Of a stretch of 64,000 nucleotides of DNA, positions 46,973-54,900 are shown piece by piece. Position 1 is the first letter of the stretch. The number at the start of each line of letters is the position of its first letter. The DNA is from Clostridia bacterium (lineage in GTDB: Bacteria; Bacillota; Clostridia; Oscillospirales; CAG-272), in the NCBI GenBank assembly GCA_017455975.1, contig JAFTLK010000065.1, positions 336 to 64,335 of the forward strand, given 5' to 3'. The translations under genes were made by a program, and so were the position numbers. The notes below the pieces were generated by a model. It made no database searches. It was given only the letters and a program-made list of their open reading frames with translations, and was not told the DNA's origin.

Positions 46973-47842
46973 ATGAGCTATAATGAGCTGAAGCAGCACG
47001 GAACGGCGTCGTTTCCGTTCGGTCTTTACCGCATCGATCACACCCATCCGAAATACGAAATGCAGCACCATTGGCATGCCGAGCATGAGTTGATCCGCGT
47101 GCTGTCAGGGGTACTTCATATCACGCTGAACAACCGTCCGATCACCGCTCAGGCGGGTGATCTTCTCTATATCAACAGCGAGGTCGTACACGGTGCTGTC
47201 CCCGAGAACTGTGTGTATGAATGCATTGTCTATACGCCGCAGTTTTTGTCGATGCCGCAGAGTGACTTTTTCGACGGGCTGATCGGGCATACGCTGTATA
47301 TCAATGATTATTTCCCGCACACCGACCGTACCGCCGACGGTCTGCGCGACATCACGGATTCTGTGTTTCTTGCGCTCCGCGAGGACGGCGAAGGTGCACG
47401 CTACAATGTAGTCGGCGGTTTTTACAGGATGCTTGGCTGGATCTGCGGGCATCATGCGTATACCGGGTCACTGTCGATGCAGAACGGAGGCTCACGAGAC
47501 GAAAAAAATGTCCAGAAGCTCAAGCATGTGCTGTCCTTTATCCGCGGCGCGTATGACCGTCCGATCACGCTGGATGATATGGCAGCGGCGGCCGGTATGT
47601 CTCCGCAGTACTTCTGCACGTTCTTCAAGCAGATGACTGATAAAACGCCGCTTGCCTATGTCAATGCCTACCGCATTGAGCGCGCCAGCCGCAAGCTGCT
47701 GGGTACCGATCTGTCCGTGACGGACATTGCCTATTCCTGCGGGTTCAACGACCTTTCATACTTTATCAAGACTTTCAAGGCGGAAAAGGGTATGACGCCG
47801 CGTGCGTTTCGGCGCGGGGAGACGGAAAGTGCCGGAAAATGA
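46973..47842 (+). CDS. AraC-family regulator (cupin sensor + HTH), divergent from fucI
   Basis: ATG at 46973 after GGAGAGG. Cupin-like WHAEHELIRVLSG and C-terminal HTH LDDMAAAAGMSPQYFCTFFKQMTDKTP. This is only the 3' part of the 1056-aa track ORF. Confidence 0.8.
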   Translation: MSYNELKQHGTASFPFGLYRIDHTHPKYEMQHHWHAEHELIRVLSGVLHITLNNRPITAQAGDLLYINSEVVHGAVPENCVYECIVYTPQFLSMPQSDFFDGLIGHTLYINDYFPHTDRTADGLRDITDSVFLALREDGEGARYNVVGGFYRMLGWICGHHAYTGSLSMQNGGSRDEKNVQKLKHVLSFIRGAYDRPITLDDMAAAAGMSPQYFCTFFKQMTDKTPLAYVNAYRIERASRKLLGTDLSVTDIAYSCGFNDLSYFIKTFKAEKGMTPRAFRRGETESAGK

Positions 47843-47994
47843 CAGATTTTTCCGCGTCTTCAAGAAAAGTTCACATATATTTCATAAGGAAGACATGGGA
47901 GGGTGTTACAATATAATTATGAACATAGACAAAAATCCGACAAAGTTAACAATTTAACAAGCGGATAACAATACATCATACGGAGGTACGAATT

Positions 47995-48684
47995 ATGTCT
48001 ACAAAGATTCTCGTCATTGATGACGATACCAACATCTGCGAGATGCTGCGGGTGTATCTGGAAAACGAAGGCTACGAGGTCAAGACAGCTAACGACGGTG
48101 CGGAGGGTGTTGCTTACTTCAAGATGTACGAGCCGGATCTCGTCCTGCTCGACATCATGCTTCCCCGCAAGGACGGCTGGCAGGTCTGCCGCGAGATCCG
48201 CGAGGTTTCCAATAAGCCCATCATCATGGTCACCGCAAAGGGTGAGGTCTTTGACAAGGTGCTCGGCTTTGAGCTGGGTGCGGACGACTTCATGGTCAAG
48301 CCCCTGGAAATGAAGGAGCTTTCCGTCCGTGTCAAGGCAATGCTGCGCCGCTGCCAGACGCACGACGCGACCGCAGACGAAGAAACGGTCAAGTTTGACA
48401 ACATTGAGATCTCCCGTCTCAAATATGAGCTGAAGATCAAGGGCAAGTCCGTCGATATTCCCCCCAAGGAGCTGGAGCTGCTTTACTTCCTCGCATCCAA
48501 CTATAACCGTGTGTTCACGCGCGATCAGCTGCTGGACAAGGTCTGGGGCTTCGATTACCTCGGTGACTCCAGAACCGTTGACGTGCATGTCAAGCGTCTG
48601 AGAGAAAAGCTTGAGGGCGTTTCCGACAAGTGGGTGCTCAAGACCGTCTGGGGCGTCGGCTATAAATTTGAACTTCTGCAGTAA
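47995..48684 (+). CDS. OmpR/PhoB-family response regulator
   Basis: 229 aa. Receiver domain (ILVIDDD...DLVLLDIMLP, TAKG) and a winged-helix C-terminus (TVWGVGYKF). Confidence 0.9.
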   Translation: MSTKILVIDDDTNICEMLRVYLENEGYEVKTANDGAEGVAYFKMYEPDLVLLDIMLPRKDGWQVCREIREVSNKPIIMVTAKGEVFDKVLGFELGADDFMVKPLEMKELSVRVKAMLRRCQTHDATADEETVKFDNIEISRLKYELKIKGKSVDIPPKELELLYFLASNYNRVFTRDQLLDKVWGFDYLGDSRTVDVHVKRLREKLEGVSDKWVLKTVWGVGYKFELLQ

Positions 48685-48702
48685 TCAACCGGATACAAGA
48701 TT

Positions 48703-50172
48703 ATGCTGAAAAGCGTATTTTCAAAATATCTGCTGGCATTTCTGCTGATTATCACCGTCAGCTTCTTTGTGCTGGCAGGTGTGATCTGCTCGATGTTCAC
48801 CTCCTATTCCGCGGATGCCAAGCGTGCGGCGGTGGAGGAAGGCGCTGCGGCAGTCGCCGACTTTCTCGGAGACAGCTTCCGTGAAGGCTATGCCGATTCC
48901 TTTTCTCATTATGTCTATCTGCACCGTGATATGCTGCGCGGATCGCTCGATCTGCTTTCCGCAAACGAGGAGCAGATCATGGTGCTTGTCACCGATGCGG
49001 ACGGTGCGGTTCTGCTGACGGATGCCGGTAATGAGCGCTTTGTCTCATGCCGGATCCCTGATGACGTCATGAACGCCGTCGGACAGGCCGCAGAGGAACC
49101 GATGACGGAGCTGACCGACCTTGGTCTCCTCGATGCATCGTATCTTGTCAGCGCACTGCCGCTGTACGGCGAGGTCATAGAGAAAACGGATGCAGCGCTC
49201 ATCGGCGGGGTGTTCGTATGTTCCCCCTCCGGTACGATCACCGGGCTTGTCGAATCCATGCTGAAAACGATCCTCATCTCCTGTATGTGGGTCATGATCG
49301 CGGCGATGCTGATCGTTTACTTCATCAGTGAGAAAATTTCATCTCCGCTGAAGGAAATGAGCCGTGCGGCAAAGCAGTACGCAGCCGGAAAATTCGATGT
49401 TCGTGTTCCGGTCAAGGGCTCGGACGAGGTTGCAGAGCTGGCGATGGCGTTCAACAACATGGCAAATTCGCTTGCCACGGTTGAAGATCAGCGCCGGTCG
49501 TTCCTTGCAAATGTCTCGCATGATCTGCGTACGCCGATGACAACAATTGCCGGATTCATCGACGGTATCCTCGACGGTGCGATTCCGCCGGAGAAGCAGC
49601 CGTATTACCTGGAGCTGATTGCAGGTGAAGTGCGCCGTCTGTCCCGACTCGTTGCATCTCTGCTCGATATTTCCCGGATTCAGGCAGGCGACCGCAAGTT
49701 CACGATGACCGCGTTCGATATCTGTGAGATGGCGCGTCAGATTCTGATCTCGTTTGAACAGCGCATTGACGAAAAGCAGCTGAACATTGAGTTTGAATGT
49801 GACCGTGACAATATGACGGTGTATGCCGACCGCGATGCCATTCATCAGGTGCTTTACAACATCTGCGACAATGCCGTGAAGTTTTCCAATCCCGGCGGCG
49901 TGTACCGCATCAATATCACCGCACATGACAAGAAAACCTTTGTCTCGGTCTTCAACGAAGGACAGGGTATTCCGGAGGCAGAGCTTCCGTATGTCTTTGA
50001 CCGGTTTTATAAGAGCGACAAGAGCCGGGGTCTGGACAAAACCGGCGTCGGACTCGGACTTTACATCACAAAAACGATCATGGATGCCCACAACGAAGAA
50101 ATCTGGGTCAAATCCGTCTGGGGCGAATACTGCGAGTTTGTATTCACGCTCCAGAGTGTGGTCAGTAAATAA
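48703..50172 (+). CDS. Sensor histidine kinase (2 TM, HAMP, HisKA, HATPase_c)
   Basis: 489 aa. H-box FLANVSHDLRTPMT, N-box NAVKFS, G-boxes GLGLYI. Confidence 0.9.
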   Translation: MLKSVFSKYLLAFLLIITVSFFVLAGVICSMFTSYSADAKRAAVEEGAAAVADFLGDSFREGYADSFSHYVYLHRDMLRGSLDLLSANEEQIMVLVTDADGAVLLTDAGNERFVSCRIPDDVMNAVGQAAEEPMTELTDLGLLDASYLVSALPLYGEVIEKTDAALIGGVFVCSPSGTITGLVESMLKTILISCMWVMIAAMLIVYFISEKISSPLKEMSRAAKQYAAGKFDVRVPVKGSDEVAELAMAFNNMANSLATVEDQRRSFLANVSHDLRTPMTTIAGFIDGILDGAIPPEKQPYYLELIAGEVRRLSRLVASLLDISRIQAGDRKFTMTAFDICEMARQILISFEQRIDEKQLNIEFECDRDNMTVYADRDAIHQVLYNICDNAVKFSNPGGVYRINITAHDKKTFVSVFNEGQGIPEAELPYVFDRFYKSDKSRGLDKTGVGLGLYITKTIMDAHNEEIWVKSVWGEYCEFVFTLQSVVSK

Positions 50173-50232
50173 ACCATATGATCCCGGGATGCGTACCCGG
50201 GATCAGCTGTATCAAAAGGAGAAACAAATACC

Positions 50233-51282
50233 ATGGCTGTCATTACAATCATCGGCGCGGGCATGATGGGCTCCGCACTGGCATTCCCGGCACGCGAAAA
50301 CGGCAATACGGTACGTCTTGTCGGTACGCCGCTGGACCGTGAGATCATTGATACCTGCAAAAAAACCAACCGCCATCCGAAGTTTACCCGTGATTTTCCC
50401 GCAGGTGTGGAATATTATCAGATTGAGGAAGTGAGAGCTGCATTGGACGGTGCGGCGTTCGTCATCGGCGGTGTTTCATCGTTCGGTGTTGACTGGTTTT
50501 CCGAGGAAATCCTGCCGATCATCCCGGAGGAGATTCCGATCATCACTGTCACGAAAGGGCTTTATGATACGGAGGATGGCACGCTTCTGTGCTATCCGCA
50601 GCTGTGGGCAGAACGGCTTGCCGCACGTGGGATGAAGCGCAATCTTAATGCCATCGGCGGTCCGTGCACCAGCTATGAGCTTGTCGCGCATGACCAGACC
50701 GAAGTCACGTTCTGCGGCAGCGATCCCGATACGCTCCGGATGCTGCGGGACGCGATGAAAACCGATTACTATCACATCAGCCTGTCCACCGATGTCGTCG
50801 GCATCGAGTCCGCCGTTGCGCTGAAGAACGGCTATGCGCTCGGTATTGCGCTGACCATCGGTCTGAATCAGCGTTCGTTCGGCCTTGATTCCGAGCTGCA
50901 TTTCAACTCGCAGGCGGCGGTCTTCGGACAGAGTGTGCGTGAAATGGCAGGTTTGCTTGCGATGCAGGGGGCCGGAACGCTGGACAATCTCTGCGTCGGT
51001 GCGGGTGATCTCTATGTCACGGTCTACGGCGGCAGAACGCGGCTCGTCGGGATTCTGCTCGGACGGGGACTGACCATCGATGAAGCAAAAGCGGAACTCA
51101 ACGGCGTGACGCTGGAATCCCTTGTCGTTGCGGAGCGCGTTGCACGTGCGGTGAAGAAAAAGGCAGAGCGCGGGGAAATCCGCATCGGTGATTATCCCTT
51201 ACTTATGCACATCGATGACATTCTGACAAAGAAGGAACCGGTCGACATTCCGTGGGAGGCGTTTACAAAGGAATCGTTCTGA
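50233..51282 (+). CDS. NAD(P)H-dependent glycerol-3-phosphate dehydrogenase-like protein (GpsA family paralog)
   Basis: 349 aa. Rossmann IIGAGMMGSALAF and a C-domain ALKNGYALGIAL resembling the GpsA KN motif. Divergent from canonical GpsA. Confidence 0.55.
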   Translation: MAVITIIGAGMMGSALAFPARENGNTVRLVGTPLDREIIDTCKKTNRHPKFTRDFPAGVEYYQIEEVRAALDGAAFVIGGVSSFGVDWFSEEILPIIPEEIPIITVTKGLYDTEDGTLLCYPQLWAERLAARGMKRNLNAIGGPCTSYELVAHDQTEVTFCGSDPDTLRMLRDAMKTDYYHISLSTDVVGIESAVALKNGYALGIALTIGLNQRSFGLDSELHFNSQAAVFGQSVREMAGLLAMQGAGTLDNLCVGAGDLYVTVYGGRTRLVGILLGRGLTIDEAKAELNGVTLESLVVAERVARAVKKKAERGEIRIGDYPLLMHIDDILTKKEPVDIPWEAFTKESF

Positions 51283-51327
51283 TTGCACAGCTCTCTGAAA
51301 ATAATCAATGATCCGGAGGTTCACATT

Positions 51328-51720
51328 ATGGTATTTAAGAAGGGTTCGGGGTGGAAAGCCTGTTATGACAGTCAAACCGGACAGTATTACGGCGAATATG
51401 GCGGCATTCAGGAATATCATCTGTATGAGATAACGAAGGCAATATTCGATCGGCTCGACAAAAAGATGCGCGAGAGTGAGGCGGGCAGCATCATGCAGGA
51501 AGGCAGGCATTTATATATGTCTGTCAATGACCGCAGCGGACCTCCGTACACGGTTGTATTCGATGATGACTATGAAACGCTGTGTCCGTGGGCGGATGTC
51601 GTAAAAAGCGGTCCTGTCTGTCCGGATGCGTTAACGGATGCGGCGGTTGAACTCTTTGCGTTTGAGCAGAACAACCGTGACAAGCGACAGGAAAAACGCG
51701 AACAGAAAAATAAGGAATGA
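51328..51720 (+). CDS. Hypothetical protein (130 aa)
   Basis: ATG at 51328 after GGAGG. No recognisable motif. Basic/acidic C-terminal tail. Confidence 0.45.
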   Translation: MVFKKGSGWKACYDSQTGQYYGEYGGIQEYHLYEITKAIFDRLDKKMRESEAGSIMQEGRHLYMSVNDRSGPPYTVVFDDDYETLCPWADVVKSGPVCPDALTDAAVELFAFEQNNRDKRQEKREQKNKE

Positions 51721-51728
51721 TTTTCGCA

Positions 51729-51755
51729 TAAAAAAATGCCCCTCGGCTGAGGGGC
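51729..51755 (-). terminator. Intrinsic terminator for the minus-strand glnN/NPP unit
   Basis: GCCCCTC...GAGGGGC hairpin (51738-51755) followed on the minus strand by ATTTTTTTAT. Confidence 0.6.
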
Positions 51756-51767
51756 AAGGGAGAACTT

Positions 51768-51802
51768 CCGGATTGCATGAATGCAATCCGGCGTTTTTTT
51801 TT
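51768..51802 (+). terminator. Intrinsic terminator for the plus-strand TCS/gpsA-like unit
   Basis: CCGGATTGCAT...ATGCAATCCGG hairpin followed by a T9 run. Confidence 0.7.
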
Positions 51803-51834
51803 GTTCTGTTCATATCGCGTTTCTTTTCTTTATA

Positions 51835-52602
51835 TTATGCAAGCAGGTTTTTGCCTTCCCATTCCTCATCCGGCTTGACACCGAGCAGAGCGGTGACGGT
51901 CGGTGCAACGTCTTTGATGGAAACTGTGCCAAGGTCAGCGCCGGCTGTAAACGCGGAACCGTGGCAGATCATCGGAATCACCATATCTTCATCAAGTTCG
52001 GTGCCGTGCGTGCGGTCGTGTCCGCCGTGGTCTGCCGTGATGATGACCTGATAGTCGTCGGGCAGGGCGCAGATCAGTTTTTCGATGTTCTCAAAAGAAT
52101 TGTCGATGGCGTGCATGTATTCGTCCGACATCCAGCCGTGCTGATGACCTGCCATGTCGGTAAAGCCGAGATACAGGAACGTAAAGTCGACATCGTAGTG
52201 CGTCAGATAGTCGATTGCCGCCGCGGTAATGCGGTTGTTGGCATCCTCATAGCCGTAGACACGACCCTTGACAAAGTAGGCGTGCACAATGGAGTTCGGA
52301 CGTGCGAGGTCGCGGATTTCCTCCCAGTTATAGAAGATTGCGCAGGTCTTGCCGGCAGCAAACAGCGTTTCGCAGATGCCGTTGATGGGGCGAACCTGCG
52401 GCATATAGGTGTTGGTCGTCGTGCCGTGACGGGACGGGTCAACGGAGTGGAACAGCGACATATGGCAGGGCAGGGTGACGGACGGCATGACGGTTCTGGC
52501 GTTCAGCGTATATGCCGATTCTGCCATGAGCTTCTTTGCAATGGGATGATCGGCAATGGCATCGGGGCGCATACCGTCAACGATGATAACGAGGGTTTTC
52601 AT
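51835..52602 (-). CDS. Small alkaline-phosphatase-superfamily protein (NPP-type phosphodiesterase/pyrophosphatase)
   Basis: 255 aa with no signal peptide. VIIVDGMRPD, PSVTLPCHMSLFHS (Thr nucleophile context) and ITADHGGHDRTHG. Confidence 0.65.
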   Translation of the reverse strand: MKTLVIIVDGMRPDAIADHPIAKKLMAESAYTLNARTVMPSVTLPCHMSLFHSVDPSRHGTTTNTYMPQVRPINGICETLFAAGKTCAIFYNWEEIRDLARPNSIVHAYFVKGRVYGYEDANNRITAAAIDYLTHYDVDFTFLYLGFTDMAGHQHGWMSDEYMHAIDNSFENIEKLICALPDDYQVIITADHGGHDRTHGTELDEDMVIPMICHGSAFTAGADLGTVSIKDVAPTVTALLGVKPDEEWEGKNLLA

Positions 52603-52620
52603 GATTGGATTTCTCCTTTC

Positions 52621-54723
52621 TCAATTGCCGTAGAACAGCATATCGCCATAGGTCGGATACGGCCAGTCGGACTTCGGAATCAGCGGTTCCATCGCGTCGA
52701 TCTCACAGCGCAGCTCCTCCATCAGGGGCAGGATGATATCACCGCAGAAGCGGGCAAGCGCGGACGTATCGGTCGGCTTGTCCTTGGAGTCCACCGCACC
52801 CTCCAATGTTTTGAGCGAATGGAATGCGGCAGCGGAATACTTGGACAGCAGGGCAAGCGTTTCTTCCTCATACGGAAGATCGGTATCCGGGGCTGCCGCT
52901 TTTGTCACGGTCAGCGTCTCGGACAGCTTTGTCTTGTATCTGGCGGCGGCGGGCAGGATTTCACGGCGGATCATATCGATCATCGTGCGTGCCTCGATGT
53001 TGATGACCTTGCAGTAGTTTTCTTCGTTGATCTCCTTGCGTGCGGCAAGCTCGGTGCGGGAGAAGACCTTGTTGTTTTCAAACAGCGCGATGTTCTTTTC
53101 ATCGAGATAATGTGCCAGCGCTTCGGGTGTGGTACGGTAGTTGGACAGACCGCGCTGCTTCGCTTCGTCGATCCATGCGGCATCATAGCCGTTGCCGTTG
53201 AACAGAATGCGCTTGTGCGCACGGATGGTATCGCGGATCAGCTCGTTGAGCGCTTCGTTGAAGTTGTCGGCAGATTCCAGAACATCCGCAAATTCGCCGA
53301 GCACCTGTGCGACTGCCGTGTTGATGACAATATTGACGGATGCCGGAGATGCCGAGGAGCCGAGGGAACGGAACTCGAACTTGTTGCCGGTGAAGGCAAA
53401 CGGCGAGGTGCGGTTGCGGTCGGTTGTGTCGCGCGGGAACTTCGGCAGGACATGCACGCCGATACGCATCATTTCGCTTTCGCGTGCGTTATAGGCACTG
53501 CCTGCCTCAATCGCATCGAGAATGCCTGCAAGCTCATCACCGATGAACATCGAGACGATGGCAGGCGGTGCTTCGTGCGCACCGAGACGGTGGTCGTTTC
53601 CGGCAGATGCGACAGAGATGCGGAGCAGATCCTGATAGTCGTCAACCGCCTTGATGACGGCAACGAGGAACAGCAAAAACTGTGCGTTTTCGTGCGGGGT
53701 GTCGCCCGGCTCAAGCAGGTTCTGTCCGGCGTTGGTCGTCATTGACCAGTTGTTGTGCTTACCGGAGCCGTTGACACCGAGGAACGGTTTTTCATGCAGC
53801 AGACAAACGAGCCCATGACGGCGTGCGATCTTCTGCATCAGGTCCATCGTGATCTGGTTGTGGTCACAGGCAATGTTGGTGGTCGAGAAGATCGGTGCAA
53901 GCTCGTGCTGTGCGGGTGCGCCTTCGTTGTGTTCTGTCTTGGCAAGAACGCCGAGCTTCCACAGCTCCTCGTCCAGCTCTGCCATGAACGCCTTGATGCG
54001 CGGCTTGAGCGTACCGAAGTAGTGGTCGTCCATTTCCTGACCCTTGGGTGCCTTTGCGCCGATCAGGGTTCTGCCGCAGAAGCGCAGGTCGGGACGCGCG
54101 GCATAATGCTTTTCATCGATTAAGAAGTATTCCTGCTCGGGGCCGACGGTTGTTTTGACGTTGATGTCGGTCGGTGCGCCGAACAGACGCAGAATGCGCT
54201 GTGCCTGACGACCCAGGACCTCCATCGAGCGCAGAAGCGGTGTTTTCTGGTCGAGCGCTTCGCCGCCGTAGGAGCAGAATGCTGTCGGAATGTACAGCGT
54301 ATTGTCGCGGATGAACGCAAAGGAGGTCGGGTCCCATGCGGTATAGCCGCGCGCTTCAAAGGTTGCACGCAGACCGCCGGACGGGAAGGACGACGCATCG
54401 GGTTCGCCGCGGACAAGCTCCTTTCCGGAAAATTCCATAATGATCTTGCCGTCTGCCGTCGGGGAAATGAAGCTGTCGTGCTTTTCCGCCGTGATGCCGG
54501 TCATCGGCTGGAACCAGTGGGTATAATGGGTCGCTCCCTTTTCAATTGCCCAGTCCTTCATGGCGTTTGCGACGACGGACGCGGTCTGCGGATCGAGACG
54601 CTTGCCGTAGTGCAGAGATGCCTGCATCATTTTGAAGGTCTCCTTGGGGAGCTTGGATTTCATGGTGGCTTCGTCAAACACCATGGAGCCGAACAGGTCG
54701 GTAACGGAAACATGATCTGTCAT
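52621..54723 (-). CDS. glnN: Glutamine synthetase type III
   Basis: ATG at 54723. About 700 aa. N-terminus DLFGSMVFDEATMKSKLPKETF...THYTHWFQPMTG is typical of GSIII. Confidence 0.85.
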   Translation of the reverse strand: MTDHVSVTDLFGSMVFDEATMKSKLPKETFKMMQASLHYGKRLDPQTASVVANAMKDWAIEKGATHYTHWFQPMTGITAEKHDSFISPTADGKIIMEFSGKELVRGEPDASSFPSGGLRATFEARGYTAWDPTSFAFIRDNTLYIPTAFCSYGGEALDQKTPLLRSMEVLGRQAQRILRLFGAPTDINVKTTVGPEQEYFLIDEKHYAARPDLRFCGRTLIGAKAPKGQEMDDHYFGTLKPRIKAFMAELDEELWKLGVLAKTEHNEGAPAQHELAPIFSTTNIACDHNQITMDLMQKIARRHGLVCLLHEKPFLGVNGSGKHNNWSMTTNAGQNLLEPGDTPHENAQFLLFLVAVIKAVDDYQDLLRISVASAGNDHRLGAHEAPPAIVSMFIGDELAGILDAIEAGSAYNARESEMMRIGVHVLPKFPRDTTDRNRTSPFAFTGNKFEFRSLGSSASPASVNIVINTAVAQVLGEFADVLESADNFNEALNELIRDTIRAHKRILFNGNGYDAAWIDEAKQRGLSNYRTTPEALAHYLDEKNIALFENNKVFSRTELAARKEINEENYCKVINIEARTMIDMIRREILPAAARYKTKLSETLTVTKAAAPDTDLPYEEETLALLSKYSAAAFHSLKTLEGAVDSKDKPTDTSALARFCGDIILPLMEELRCEIDAMEPLIPKSDWPYPTYGDMLFYGN

Positions 54724-54784
54724 GCGCGGGTCCTTTCTATGTATGAAACACGTATTGGGTGTCAAATTTTCCTGTTATTATATT

Positions 54785-54813
54785 ATTATACACCCAAAGT
54801 TGCACTTTGTCAA
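54785..54813 (-). promoter_or_regulatory. Consensus sigma-A promoter of glnN
   Basis: Minus strand reads TTGACA - 17 nt - TATAAT. Confidence 0.65.
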
Positions 54814-54815
54814 CG

Positions 54816-54863
54816 AAAAATCCCAAGATATTCCGCGCACCTTGGAATCGGGTATATCTTGGG
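54816..54863 (-). terminator. Intrinsic terminator after the large SBP-domain lipoprotein gene
   Basis: 10-bp stem CCCAAGATAT/ATATCTTGGG followed on the minus strand by ATTTTT. Confidence 0.6.
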
Positions 54864-54900
54864 ATATCGTTTTATGGAGTATCCGGCTGACGCTTGTGTA

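Noticed and set aside
54750-54780. Possible TnrA/GlnR box in the glnN leader (TGACACCCAATACGTGT).
   Set aside because: The half-sites are in the wrong arrangement (TNACA-N7-TGTNA-like rather than TGTNA-N7-TNACA). The element lies downstream of the predicted -10, so it is not a convincing match.
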